Positions 27,318 through 38,062 of a stretch of 64,000 nucleotides of DNA are shown piece after piece (the stretch's first letter is position 1; each line of letters begins with the position of its first letter). Location: contig CAXULY010000027.1 of assembly GCA_964252075.1 (NCBI GenBank), forward strand, positions 1-64,000, written 5' to 3'. The stretch is from an uncultured Deinococcaceae bacterium (GTDB lineage: Bacteria > Deinococcota > Deinococci > Deinococcales > Deinococcaceae). Made by a program: the position numbers and the translations under genes. The notes under the pieces are model-generated. The model was not told where the DNA came from and ran no database searches. It saw only the letters and a program-made list of their open reading frames with translations.

Positions 27318-28607
27318 ATGGACAAATACAGAGTCGACGATGTATTTGGAGTGTCACGTGACGAGCCCTTGAATTACGTGGATCGTGATTATGTTGACCA
27401 GGAATTTTTGAATAATCTTGTAAGAGACAAGCACATAGTAGTCTATGGCGGGTCAAAACAAGGTAAAACATCCCTAAGGAAGCACTGCTTGGACGATAGA
27501 GATTACATATTAATACAATGTAGTAATCGAATGAAGCTTGACAAGCTATTTGAATCAATACTTAAGCAGGCCGGTTTTAAGATATCGGTTTCTAGTAGCA
27601 GAACATCTTCTGGAAAACAAAAAATAAATGCATCATTTAGCGTCAGCATTCCTGGCATCTTAGGGATCAATGTTGGTCCAGAGAAAGAGACAGAAAAGAA
27701 AGATGAGGATGTTACTAGACCCTTTGAAATAGATACTGAAGACGTCAATGATGTCATAGACGCTCTTAATTCTGTTGGCTTCAATAAGTATATAGTCGTC
27801 GAAGATTTCCACTATTTAGAAGTGGAAACACAAGCAGACTTTTCTGTTGCCTTAAAAGCGTTTCATGAAAGATCAAAAATGACATTCATTGTCATTGGCG
27901 TATGGCTTGAAGGAGACCGACTAACAACATACAATGGTGATCTGTTGGGTCGAATCGTTTCTGTCGATGCTGATAAATGGGACAAGGCAGATCTTTATAA
28001 GGTCATTGAAAAGGGGGCACAATTATTAAATATTACCTTCGACGATGACTTTTGCAGAGTTCTGATCGAGAACTGCTTTAACAGTGTTTATTTAGTACAA
28101 GAAGTTTGTCAAAAGATTTGTAGGGACAGCAATATTCTTGAAACGCAACACCAATCAGTGAAGCTTGGCGAGAACGTAGACGTAAAGGATATGATAGGCA
28201 ATATAGTTTCAAAAAATAACGGTAGATATGAAGTTTTTATTAGGAATTTTGCTAACGGCTTTCAGTCAACGCAGCTTGACATGTATAGGTGGATATTATA
28301 TTCCATTGTGATTTCACCAATCGATGAAATTGAGCATGGAATTAGGCTAACTGACGTGAATCGAAAAATAAAGAACAAACATCCTCAAGGTACAAGTCTA
28401 AACGCTGGTAGTCTAACGCAGGCGTTACAAAGTGTTTCCTCGCTACAAGTGACTAAAGGCATCAAGCCAATTATCGTGGACTATGATGCTTCAAATCGCA
28501 TTCTTAACACTGTTGATAGACAGTTTTTAGTATGGTTTAGCAGTCAGCGCGTAGAGGATATGCTTATTACTGCTGGATTTGATGACCCTGCGTCTGTACT
28601 TCCATAA
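27318..28607 (+). CDS. AT-rich P-loop ATPase (possible defence protein)
   Basis: GGSKQGKTS Walker A; IVVEDFH Walker B; low GC. Confidence 0.8.
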   Translation: MDKYRVDDVFGVSRDEPLNYVDRDYVDQEFLNNLVRDKHIVVYGGSKQGKTSLRKHCLDDRDYILIQCSNRMKLDKLFESILKQAGFKISVSSSRTSSGKQKINASFSVSIPGILGINVGPEKETEKKDEDVTRPFEIDTEDVNDVIDALNSVGFNKYIVVEDFHYLEVETQADFSVALKAFHERSKMTFIVIGVWLEGDRLTTYNGDLLGRIVSVDADKWDKADLYKVIEKGAQLLNITFDDDFCRVLIENCFNSVYLVQEVCQKICRDSNILETQHQSVKLGENVDVKDMIGNIVSKNNGRYEVFIRNFANGFQSTQLDMYRWILYSIVISPIDEIEHGIRLTDVNRKIKNKHPQGTSLNAGSLTQALQSVSSLQVTKGIKPIIVDYDASNRILNTVDRQFLVWFSSQRVEDMLITAGFDDPASVLP

Positions 28608-28666
28608 TCTACAGGTTTAAAACCATATGCCGTGCTTGAATTAAGTACGGCCTTTTGTATCACCTT

Positions 28667-29134
28667 TTATTGGGCGCGGGCCTGCACGTCCACGGCGGCC
28701 ACCTCGATCACCATGCCGTCCAGGCCGGTGGTCTCGGTGTCCAGGACCAGCACGGTCGGGTCCGCCACCCAGTCCCGAAACACCGCGAGCGCCTCCTGAA
28801 GGCCGGTGGTGAGTTCCTCGGCGAGGCGGGCGCGGCGGCGGTCCAGGCGGCGGCCCTCGGCGGCCCGCAGGCGGGCGCGCTCCGCCTCCTGGTTGGCCGC
28901 GCGGGTCAGCCGGGCCTGCTCGATACCGAGGAGCTGCCCCTCAGTGAGTGGCCGCTTGGGCGTCGCCTCGCGACGGTCATACAGGACCGTCTCGTCCTTG
29001 CCGCGGTTGTACGTGATGGTCGCGCGCTCCGGGCCGCCCGGCAGGAGGCCCTCCCGCCTGAGCGCCGTGCGGGTGCGCAGGTGCTCGGGCACCTCCGACC
29101 AGTGCTGGTAACGGGGGAGAGGAGAGGTGATCAT
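28667..29134 (-). pseudogene. Truncated DEDDh 3'-5' exonuclease
   Basis: LVLDTETTGLD ExoI motif, then a stop about 16 aa later at the GC/AT junction. Confidence 0.75.
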
Positions 29135-29284
29135 GTGCGCCACGCATCGTACGTGACCATCCCAGATATGTTCAGGTGTGGTCACCTATGGCGGAGGTCA
29201 TTCATACATTCGATGCGAAATCGACCGTTGGAGGCATCCTCATAGAATTTAGCGGCACTCACGTCCGTTCGACTTCGTAGCCCG

Positions 29285-31156
29285 TCATCGAATCATTTGC
29301 AGCATCATCGTTGGTCGCCGCTCAATCTCTTTTCCGAAACCTTTGTCGTTAACAATGTGACGTGCTGGGTCATAGACCACAAACAGGACGTGACGGTCGT
29401 TATCCCCGTACTTCGTGATGTCTGAGGAGATGTCTTCAGTGATCACGCGGACGTCGCTTTTCTTGCGGACGTACTTCAGCTCCACCCACAGGCCTTGCGT
29501 CTCTGCTGACCAGTCCGGCTTCGTGGTTGATGCGGACCAAGGCATAAACGGAAATTCGCGCCTTAGGTCAAGCTTGTTGGACATGAGGATGCCATCCGCG
29601 ATTTCTTGAAGCGCGGGCTCGTCTTTGGGCTTGTGTGTCTTGCAGGCGACAGGAATGCCAAGAGCGAGGACGCTTCCAATTTTCTCCGCCAGTCCCCTCC
29701 ATATCGTCTGTCGGTGGCGCCCAGCCATCAGAAGGCCCAGCATAGAAGTGGGTTCAAGCTCCCCACTGAGCACCGTCCCTCCGCACGCGGCAAGTTCACG
29801 CTCGAGCACGCCATATACGGCAGCGGCGTGCCGTTTATGCATGGCGATGAATCGCTCGGCGGCCTCCCTTTTTACCGGGAAGGGGCGCGAGGCTCGCCCC
29901 AATTCCTTAGAAAATTTCGCCCCGATGCCATCGTCTGTCAAATCGTGTAGTTCCACGGCGTGCCGCGCGTAATTCACTGCCATGTTCGTTGCGTAACCCT
30001 CCGGACGGGGTCCATAAAGCACGTCAGTCATGTAGTCCGTTTCCGGATCGTGTCGCTCCATACCCGTCGCCAGGACCGCGATGCGGCGGTCAATGCACTG
30101 ACTGCACTTCCCGCAGTGGCGACTCGATTTCGTCGCTTTCCGCCCAGGCGTCGCACAGGAAACCGTCATCGGAATGAAATCCACGCCACCTGCAGCCTTA
30201 ATGCGCTCCAGCACTTCTGTTTTCGTGTTGAAGATAAAAGGGTTTGACAATTTAAAGGGACGCTCCAGCACGAGTGCGATGAAAGTTTCCATGTACTGGA
30301 ATCCAAGGGGATGTGTCGTCCTCGACGCGCGGGCGCGAATCACTTCGTCGGCAACCGGAAGATTCAGACTGACGACTCCGTTCTCGTAAAACCGCACCTC
30401 ACTCACGTTGAACAGGTCGGCGACCGCCGCGCCAAGGGCCGAGAACAGGAACGATCGGGTGCGCTGTGTCGATTCGTCGTCCATCCCAGTTTCCTTAAAG
30501 ACGGCGACGGGCACATGAATTAAGTCCTTGCCATACTTTCGGTCCAATGCATTTTTCAGCTCGCGTTGGCGACTGTAGATGGCGGGCGTGGCACGATGAC
30601 TCACCAGCACCGTCTTCTCTCCCTGTTGCAGTAGCTCCAGAACACCTGCGAGCGAGTCCAGTCCCCCGGAAAACATCGTGACGTAATGGACGCCCTCTGC
30701 GAGAGGCTCAGGCTCGCCCGCGAAGTCGAACTGCTCTTGCCCACCTGTGCTGATCAAAATAGGCTCGAATGAAAACTCGTAGCTGTCGTCCGAGATGAAC
30801 GCCAGTGTGCGCGTTAGTGCCTGTTTAACGACCGGGTCGTCCCAGAAGGCAAAGTCGCGCACAGCGACAGCAAAGTGAAACTCGCGTTCCCAAGCCTCGC
30901 GGCTGTGACCCTCCACGAAGCCGGTGCCGCGACCGACGGCACAGTCGCACGTGAAGATGTAGGCCGCAAGGTCCAGCAGGTCCATCACCCGTGGGGAAGG
31001 ACGAGCCAGGGTGGCGGCGGAAATGTCCTCTAGATTCAGCGTGACGTTTGCCTCCGCTCCGTAGGCATTCAGCTCAAGGCGCTTGCGGGCCTGAATGGTC
31101 GGGTCGAGCGTGTTTCCGGTGGCGCCGTTGCACAACACGAGACGGGCGTGGGTCAC
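29285..31156 (-). CDS. QueC-like (QatC-type) protein fused to a C-terminal DpnII/MboI-like nuclease domain
   Basis: SGGLDS, RTRSFLF, TVSC...HCGKCSQCIDRR; tail KPDW...VELK...DITKY...FVVYDP. Confidence 0.85.
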   Translation of the reverse strand: MTHARLVLCNGATGNTLDPTIQARKRLELNAYGAEANVTLNLEDISAATLARPSPRVMDLLDLAAYIFTCDCAVGRGTGFVEGHSREAWEREFHFAVAVRDFAFWDDPVVKQALTRTLAFISDDSYEFSFEPILISTGGQEQFDFAGEPEPLAEGVHYVTMFSGGLDSLAGVLELLQQGEKTVLVSHRATPAIYSRQRELKNALDRKYGKDLIHVPVAVFKETGMDDESTQRTRSFLFSALGAAVADLFNVSEVRFYENGVVSLNLPVADEVIRARASRTTHPLGFQYMETFIALVLERPFKLSNPFIFNTKTEVLERIKAAGGVDFIPMTVSCATPGRKATKSSRHCGKCSQCIDRRIAVLATGMERHDPETDYMTDVLYGPRPEGYATNMAVNYARHAVELHDLTDDGIGAKFSKELGRASRPFPVKREAAERFIAMHKRHAAAVYGVLERELAACGGTVLSGELEPTSMLGLLMAGRHRQTIWRGLAEKIGSVLALGIPVACKTHKPKDEPALQEIADGILMSNKLDLRREFPFMPWSASTTKPDWSAETQGLWVELKYVRKKSDVRVITEDISSDITKYGDNDRHVLFVVYDPARHIVNDKGFGKEIERRPTMMLQMIR

Positions 31157-31944
31157 GCACCGGCCCCCTGTTTTTTCAACTCCGCTCGGAGTTTCTTGAC
31201 GGCCACAGCGACGAACCCGGCAGTGTTTTCCGGCGTGATGCCCTGTTCGTACCGGGTTTTGGACATCCACTCACCGGAGTAGCGCTGCACGATGAAAGCA
31301 CTCTGCTCACAGTGACGAATCAAGGCCTCGTTGAAGACCGTCACCTCGCCGATGTTGGGAAGGGCCGCCCCGCCCACTTGGGCGGCGGTCACCCGGCTCA
31401 GGTAGAAATTCAAATACCGGGCCAGGAAACGCCCAAAGAACACCTGTCCGAGGCGGGCGAACCCAGCTTCCGTCGAACAGGAGCGGACTGCGGCCTGCAG
31501 CTCATCCACGCCGCTGCCGAACAGCGTTTCGGCTTGAGGGGCCACCAGCACGCTGAGCGCGTCCCCCAGGGCACTGAGACTCATTTCGGCGACGTCGGAA
31601 AGCCTGCCGCGGCTGTACACCTCGTCCTCGACGGCCGTCTGAAGGCCGCTCACAAGGTCGAAGGTGGACGGAGCAGCGGGCAGTTCGACGCCGAATTCGG
31701 CCAGTTGATCGACCCAGTTGTCTGAACGTGCGGCCAGGACGACGCGGGTCAGTACATAGAACGAGGTGACGAGTCCAGGGTCTTGGATGGCTTGGCTCAA
31801 CCCGTTGTGTGCAGCGTCAATGGCCTTCCCCGCGATGTCGGCGACCTGCTCGTGCAGGAGCCCGCTCTCCTCATTGGCGACAGTGGCAACGACGGCCTTC
31901 CACTTGAGGGTTTTGGGAATTTCGCCGAGCCGGATGTGTCCCAT
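31153..31944 (-). CDS. Helical partner of the QueC-like protein (QatB-like position)
   Basis: GTGA-coupled to the QueC gene; begins MGHIRLG. Confidence 0.7.
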   Translation of the reverse strand: MGHIRLGEIPKTLKWKAVVATVANEESGLLHEQVADIAGKAIDAAHNGLSQAIQDPGLVTSFYVLTRVVLAARSDNWVDQLAEFGVELPAAPSTFDLVSGLQTAVEDEVYSRGRLSDVAEMSLSALGDALSVLVAPQAETLFGSGVDELQAAVRSCSTEAGFARLGQVFFGRFLARYLNFYLSRVTAAQVGGAALPNIGEVTVFNEALIRHCEQSAFIVQRYSGEWMSKTRYEQGITPENTAGFVAVAVKKLRAELKKQGAGA

Positions 31945-32099
31945 GGGTGTCTGCTGGCTACACCTTTCGCGTGAGGCCCATCGTCCTCCCTGACATTTGT
32001 CACAGCCTACACGTTTGCTGCATGGGAAACGACGAAGTCGCGCCGAACGCGTCCGACGTCTGCGGTACGCTGAACTAATCGGAGGTCGCGTTTTCCGTC

Positions 32100-33221
32100 A
32101 TGACGACAGGCACATCGGTGGGTCTTGCCGTGACCGTGGACTGCACGGCGTTCAAACGTGCGATTGCCTCGCTGGCTGACATCGCGGGCGGGCGACACGG
32201 CAACACCCTGATGAATTGCATCAGGATGAAGCTGGCGTCAGGCCATCTGGTGCTAGATGCCGTCGGCGATTTTTGTGATTTGACCCTTCACCTGGCCGTC
32301 GACACGACGGGCTCCTCCCAGGAGTTACTCATTCCAGCAGTACGCTTTGGAAAATTCGTTGCGGCGTTGCCAGACGCGCCTGTTGAACTCTCCTTCAGGA
32401 CGAACGCCCTGCATGTGCATTGCGCCGGTGTGGACCTGAACGTGCTGGCTTTGGAAGCGGACACACCGTGGTTAGCACGCTCGCGTGATCCCGCAGCTCC
32501 GTCAGGACAGGTCGAGCCGGAGCTTTTGATGGACGCGCTTCGGGTGCGGTACGCGCTCGATCCGGAGCACCAGGTATTCAAGGGGTTCGCTCTGAAGTGG
32601 TTCAAGGAAGGCAGTTCCAAGAAACTGCTGGCGTACACTGCCAACCCGAAAAACGCGGCTGTTCTTGAACGCGAAACGGAGTCCATGCTGGAAGGGGAAG
32701 TCGTGCTCCATCCTAAGGGGTTGGATCCGCTGAACGAGTTCGTGCACGCATTTGGAGACAAACCGCTTCGCGCGACGGTGGAGCCATCAGTTGCCCTGTA
32801 CTTGGAGGCGGATGGCAATGTCCTCCGGATGAGCCTGCTGGATGCCCGGCTTCCAGGCCTCACACAAGTTCTTCAAGGGAATGTACGCACCACGGCCACA
32901 GTGCCTCGACACGCCCTGCTTGCCTCACTCAAACGCCTGGAGTGCTATGCCGAGGGGGAACTTAATCAGGCAAAGCTGGTTCAAATTTCGACGGGAAATG
33001 GGGTTCTGGTCATGAGTGCAGAGGTAGCGGAGGGAAAGGTGATTGACCTCGTGCCGGCCAGACTTCAAGGCGATGTTGCAAGGATGAGGATTCTTGTTTT
33101 CACTCTTATCCAGGCTGTGCAGGCCGCATCCAGTGGAGAGATAACTCTTGAATTCATTGATAAGCGATTGAAGATAAAAGATGACACATACACCGCAGTA
33201 ATCATGGGTCGGAGTGATTAA
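32100..33221 (+). CDS. Divergent DNA polymerase III beta-clamp homologue
   Basis: 373 aa; LLIPAVRF, SLLDARLP and C-terminal YTAVIM patterns as in DnaN. Confidence 0.75.
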   Translation: MTTGTSVGLAVTVDCTAFKRAIASLADIAGGRHGNTLMNCIRMKLASGHLVLDAVGDFCDLTLHLAVDTTGSSQELLIPAVRFGKFVAALPDAPVELSFRTNALHVHCAGVDLNVLALEADTPWLARSRDPAAPSGQVEPELLMDALRVRYALDPEHQVFKGFALKWFKEGSSKKLLAYTANPKNAAVLERETESMLEGEVVLHPKGLDPLNEFVHAFGDKPLRATVEPSVALYLEADGNVLRMSLLDARLPGLTQVLQGNVRTTATVPRHALLASLKRLECYAEGELNQAKLVQISTGNGVLVMSAEVAEGKVIDLVPARLQGDVARMRILVFTLIQAVQAASSGEITLEFIDKRLKIKDDTYTAVIMGRSD

Positions 33222-33335
33222 ACAGAGTTAGTAGTTAACGTTTTTTATCCTATTTGGTAGTGGCGTTGTCGACGCGCGCGAGCGGCCGCCCGCGCCGCGC
33301 GTGCAGGTCCGGCAGGTACTCCACGTGCATGCGAA

Positions 33336-34084
33336 TCACAGGGCGGTGCCGTCCAGGGCGTTCAGGGCGTCGCGGGCGCGCTGACCGCACTCCCGTACAG
33401 CGGGACTGGGGTGGTCGTGCTCGAAGCGCACGCCAGTCTCCCAGCTGGCCGGGTTCGCGTAGAACGCCAGAGCGGCGCGGACAAGCTCCAGCTCCGGACG
33501 GTCCAGGAGGACCGCTGGCGCTGGCGACGCCCCATTCGTGTCACGGTGACCGACCTGCAGGGCGCACGCGTCCGCGAACGCCGCGAGGACCTGCCGGCCG
33601 CGTGCGCTGTCCCCGTCGCCGCCTTGCGACCAGAACTCCGCACCGAAATGCACGTAGCCCCGCGCCTCCAGGTTCCCGTCCGCGTCCACACCGCCGAAGC
33701 CCCACAGCTTGATGCGCGCGACGGCCAGCATCGCCCGGAAGCGCCGGGCGTCCCGCGCATCCTCCTGCAGAGCGGCCGCCAGGCTGCCTGAATCTTCGAC
33801 GTCCGCGAGCGCGCGGCGCACGCAGCCGCCGCCTCGGTCTGGAAGGCCTGGGCGTCGAGCGCGTCCAGGACCAGCGCCACGCGGCCCCGCTCGGCCCGCC
33901 ACGCCTCCAGCGCGCGCAGCGCGTCCAGCATCAGGGGCAGCGGCGCGGGCAGGTACACCTCGTGGCCGTCCGGCGGGAGGTCCGGCATCCAGCGCGCCTC
34001 CTCCTCGATGGCGTCCGCCGTAAGGTCCTGCAGCTGGGCGATCAGCGCGGCGAGGTCGAGCGGCCGCGTGGGTTCGGTGGTCAT
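33336..34084 (-). pseudogene. Phage hypothetical gene with an apparent frameshift near 33830 (or two overlapping ORFs)
   Basis: Coding-like sequence switches frame at GAGGCGGCGGCTGC. Confidence 0.5.
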
Positions 34085-34916
34085 GGGTGCACGCCCAGTT
34101 CCGCGAGGATCTCCGCCTCGCTGTAGATGCGGGGGGGCGCCGGCCGATCAGGGCGCAGCAGGCGCACGACGCAACCGATCACGAGCAGCACGCCCAGCGC
34201 ACCGTTGAAGGCCAGCCAGCCACATAGCACGGCGCTCAGCGTCGGCATCGCCACCTCCGAATCCGCTCCACGTGCGGCACCACCAGCTCCTGCTCGGCGC
34301 CGGTGCGGGGGTTGCGGGTGATCACCGGCGTGAAGCCCTGGAGCGCGAGCTGCTCGAACAGGTGTGCGATCTGCATGGATTCCCGCATGCACTCGGCCAT
34401 GCTGTCGAAGTCGCCGCCTTCGGTCAGCTCGTACAGAGCCGCGAAGCTCTGCTCGTCGAACGTGAACACCACCCGCTTATCCATGCCTGTGACCTTTCTG
34501 TGGTGTCTTGCGCGCGCGGACCTCGCGGATGTGGGCGCCGTTCTGCTCGTCCACCACGATCAGGGCGGGCTTCGTGGGGTGCGTCAGGGTGAGCTCCGTT
34601 CCCTCCCGGTCGGCGCCGCGCGCGTACCCATGGCGCTCCCCGGTGTACACCTGCAAGAGGCCCTCGACGCTGCCCCAGGAGCACGATTCGGTGCGCCGGA
34701 GCGTGTGGGCGTCCAGCACCCGCAGGGACCGCCAGGACGTCACGGCCGGACCTCGCGCCTCGGCGGGCCGACCTGGATGAGCACCACGCTGGGCGGGGCG
34801 GGACAGGCAACGAACCGGGGGCTGGGCGCGCGGTCCTGGCAGCGGAGGCACACGGCGTGGTCGCCGCGGTGCTCCCACTCGTGCTGCGGCAGGAACGTGC
34901 TGGGGGGCAAGGTCAA
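34081..34916 (-). other. Four small coupled ORFs (34081-34248 TM; 34236-34484 RHH-like; 34477-34743; about 34740-34916)
   Basis: Overlapping stop/start codons; RVVFTFDEQSF RHH-like strand. Confidence 0.6.
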
Positions 34917-35366
34917 ACCGCCACCCCCTGCCAGCGCAGCTGCTGCACCACGCGCGCCTCGACGTCCGCGGGCAGCGTCCAGAAGCCCAGGCCGCCCGCC
35001 CGTGCACGGCACAGGGTCCTGCAGGCGCACGGGGCTGCGGACGACCAGGGCGAGCTGCTCGCCGTCGTCAATGAACCAGCGGCTCTCGTGCCAATCCTGC
35101 AGGTCTGACGCAGTGACCACGCCGACGATGTGGCCGGGCGTGGTGTCGTCCGGCCACAGCTCGATGCCGGTGAACTCGCGGATCATGCGGCGGTAGGCGT
35201 GGTCGTACTTCTGCCCCGCGTGAATCGCGAAACGCTGGCCCGCGAGGGCGCGCGCCTGCGCCTGCAGGCCCTTGGCGTTCCGCCACGCGCGGTTCTCGAC
35301 GTCCTTCCCGATGCGCGGGTCGACGAGCGCCAGGTCCATCGGGCGGATGAGCGTCAGGGCCTTCAC
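34913..35366 (-). pseudogene. ASCH-domain gene frameshifted by a 4-bp duplication
   Basis: KALTL..P, GKDVENRAW, IHAG; the GLGFWTLP tail lies in another frame. Confidence 0.75.
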
Positions 35367-36617
35367 GACAGCACCCGCGGGGCGGGATCGTCCGCCACCA
35401 CGAAGCCCCGCCGCTCCAGCGCCGTGCGCGCCTGGTTGAACGCCTCGGGCGTCGTGAGGTACCCACCCACCCCCACGCCCAGCACGATGCACACCCGCAC
35501 CTCCTGCGCGTCCAGGTTGTGGTCCACGCTGAACACCTCCCATTCCGACTCGGAGAACAACAGCATCTCGCCCACCGCGGGGACGCGCAGGAACTCCACG
35601 TCCGTCAGGTACGCCACGTGCTCCTCGAGCACCGGCGCCTCCTCGAGCGCCTCTAGGTCCAGCAGTTGCTCGGCGGTCAGGCCGGTCGGGTCCACCCGGA
35701 TGAGGGTCGCCATGACGAACGCCGTCCACTCGCCGTTCACGACCGCACCTCGCCCGGCTGCTCGGGCAGCGGCTCCAGCAGGTGCCTGAAGATGGGCAGC
35801 ACGACCAGCAGCAGCGCCAGGCTGATCACGGCGCACCCGCCAAGCGCCACCCGCTGCGCGCCGGCCAGGCCCAGCGACCCGAGCAGCGCCGACAGGGCCG
35901 CGCAGGCGATCAGCGCGCCGACCAGCCCGCTGGCGCGGGCGATCAGCGGCCGGACTTGCGGCGGGAAGCGCTGGAAGGACTTCAGGCGCTCCACCTCGGT
36001 CCGGTGGGTGTCTTTGAGGGTGCGCAGCTGCTGCTCGTGGGTGGCGCGCTCGCGCGCCCGCTCATCGCGTAGGTCCGCGAGCTGGAGCAGCGTGAGGTCC
36101 AGCTGGCGCTCCGCGAGGCGACGCGCGGCCACCGCGCCCTCCAGCTGCCGCTGCAGGCGCTCCGCCTGACTCAGCTGCAAGGGCGAGAAGGACAGCGTCC
36201 AGAACTTCCTGAACACCTCAGGCGGCACCTCAGCACCCTGAAAGGTCGCTTCGGTGTTGAGGCGGCCGCGCATCACGCGTCCCTCCAGCTGCGCTCGCTC
36301 GGGATCTCGGAGCGGCACTCCACGGCGCGCGTGACGTACAGCAGCACCCGCACCTCGGGGAGATCCGGCCGGCCGGTGGGGCGGACCGTGACGCGCAGGA
36401 CGTCCGAGCGGTGCCAGTCCTCGCCCCAGTCCTCCCGCTCGGCGTGCGCGGCGACGAACGCCTCTGCGGCCTCCCGGGCGGTGTCGGCGCGCCGCTTGTC
36501 GCTCCACTCGTGCGGGCGGTGCAGCAGCACCGGCCGCGGCGCCTCACCGGCGCGCAGGTTCCCCTCGCAGTCGTGCTCCAGCACGTCGAAGCGCTCGAAC
36601 ATCAGGTCGGCCGTCAC
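35363..36617 (-). other. Three coupled hypothetical ORFs (35363-35740; 35737-36273 coiled coil plus 2 TM; 36273-36617)
   Basis: Translational coupling; GC3 bias. Confidence 0.65.
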
Positions 36618-36958
36618 GCGGGCGTCCCTTCGAGGCCCAGCACCTGCACGAGGACGCGGGCGCGCGTCTCGGCGTCCGCCGACGCCACCAGGGCGATGGC
36701 GCCGTAATACTGCGGCGCTTCCGGCTCGGACGGTACGTGACCCACCGCCTCGCACAGCGCGCGGCCGTACAGGGGGAACCCGCCCTCGGCCAGCAGGCGC
36801 CGTTCGACGTCCGCCACCAGGTCGAGGCTGTACGAGTACGCGGGCGTGAACGGCTGCACGTGGCCTTCGGCGTGAATCCACCCCGGCCAGGGGCTGTCCG
36901 GGTCGTGGCTCCAGCCCATGTGGCGGGCCAGGGCCGCATCGATCTCATCGGTGGTCAT
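36614..36958 (-). CDS. Phage ABA-sandwich-like protein
   Basis: IDAALARHMGW...PAYSYSLD pattern. Confidence 0.55.
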   Translation of the reverse strand: MTTDEIDAALARHMGWSHDPDSPWPGWIHAEGHVQPFTPAYSYSLDLVADVERRLLAEGGFPLYGRALCEAVGHVPSEPEAPQYYGAIALVASADAETRARVLVQVLGLEGTPA

Positions 36959-36984
36959 GACCGCTCCTTTCCGCTCCGTATCTG

Positions 36985-37359
36985 TCACGGCGCCTCCACC
37001 CGCGGGCCCTCGAGCGCCTCGCGCAGCAGGGTGGCCGCCGGGCCGCCCACCCCGAAGGTGGAGCGCACCTCGAACGCGCCGTACGCATTCCCGGCGTCCG
37101 TGATGGCGTCCCAGTGCGGCGCAACGCGCGCCCACTCGTCCTGCGTCCGGGCGAGCACGTCCACCATCCCGCGCGCCTCGGGCACCGCGCGGATCAGGCG
37201 CACGCAGCGCCCGAAGTCGCCCAGGTCCGCCGGGCCGTACGCCACGCTCACCGGGGCGTCCCAGCCCATCAGGGTGCACGCGAGGGCCTCGCTGGACACG
37301 CCCATGTCGCCGCTCGCGTACCACCGCGCGACGCGCAGCGCGAGGTCAGCCTTCGGCAT
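36985..37359 (-). CDS. Conserved phage hypothetical protein
   Basis: GDMGVSS...PADLGDFGRC...VPE. Confidence 0.65.
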   Translation of the reverse strand: MPKADLALRVARWYASGDMGVSSEALACTLMGWDAPVSVAYGPADLGDFGRCVRLIRAVPEARGMVDVLARTQDEWARVAPHWDAITDAGNAYGAFEVRSTFGVGGPAATLLREALEGPRVEAP

Positions 37360-38062
37360 GGTCCCCCCCGTTCAGGACGGAGGTCAGCACCCGGTGAACC
37401 AGCAGCAGATCCGACACGGTGAACGAAACGAGTCCCTCCAGCTCAGGCCAGAGACGGCCTCGGCTCGGATCTGGTTCCCGCATTTCGGCCAGCGACAGCG
37501 TGTCGTCCGGCGCGCGATTCGCGGTGATGCGGGTGTTGTGCTTGGTGTTTTTCGGGCCCAGGACGTGCGCGATGGCCTTCAGGCTCTCCCGGTCCTCTGC
37601 CGTCAGGGCGAGCGGCGCGCTCGCCTGGCGTTGTGACGGTGCTTGACGCGGGTCAGCCCCGTTCGTGCCGAGCGCGAGGGCGCGCATGGTGTTCAGCGCC
37701 GCGCGCTCGTCCTCCTGGTGCACGTCGCCCATGTACGAAAGGGCGTACTCAAGCGCGTCCGCCCCGCTTCCCATCGCCTGCTCCAGCGCCTGCACCCGCT
37801 CGCGGGCCTCCAGCAGGTCGGCGGCGAGGTCCGGCGCGGCGGCGATCAGGTGGGCGTTCCCCATCACCTCGTCCCAGTCCCCATCGATGGGCCCACTGGC
37901 GATTGCGCAGTACTGCCGCATGGGTCCGGTGCTCCCGGCGTAGATCCACTTGGAGTCCACGCCGTCCACGATGGTCGCCATGTCCGGGCGTCCCGCCTTC
38001 CAGGGGCCGGGCGTGCTGGTGGACAGCAGCGCCCGCACCTGCTCGTCATTCCATCTCGGCAC
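37346..38062 (-). CDS. Ead/Ea22-like phage protein
   Basis: TPGPW...NAHLIAAAPDL. Confidence 0.7.
   Translation of the reverse strand: MPRWNDEQVRALLSTSTPGPWKAGRPDMATIVDGVDSKWIYAGSTGPMRQYCAIASGPIDGDWDEVMGNAHLIAAAPDLAADLLEARERVQALEQAMGSGADALEYALSYMGDVHQEDERAALNTMRALALGTNGADPRQAPSQRQASAPLALTAEDRESLKAIAHVLGPKNTKHNTRITANRAPDDTLSLAEMREPDPSRGRLWPELEGLVSFTVSDLLLVHRVLTSVLNGGDHAEG

Noticed and set aside
29285..31156. Housekeeping queC for queuosine synthesis
   Set aside because: Far longer than QueC, carries extra domains and has no queD/E/F or folE nearby
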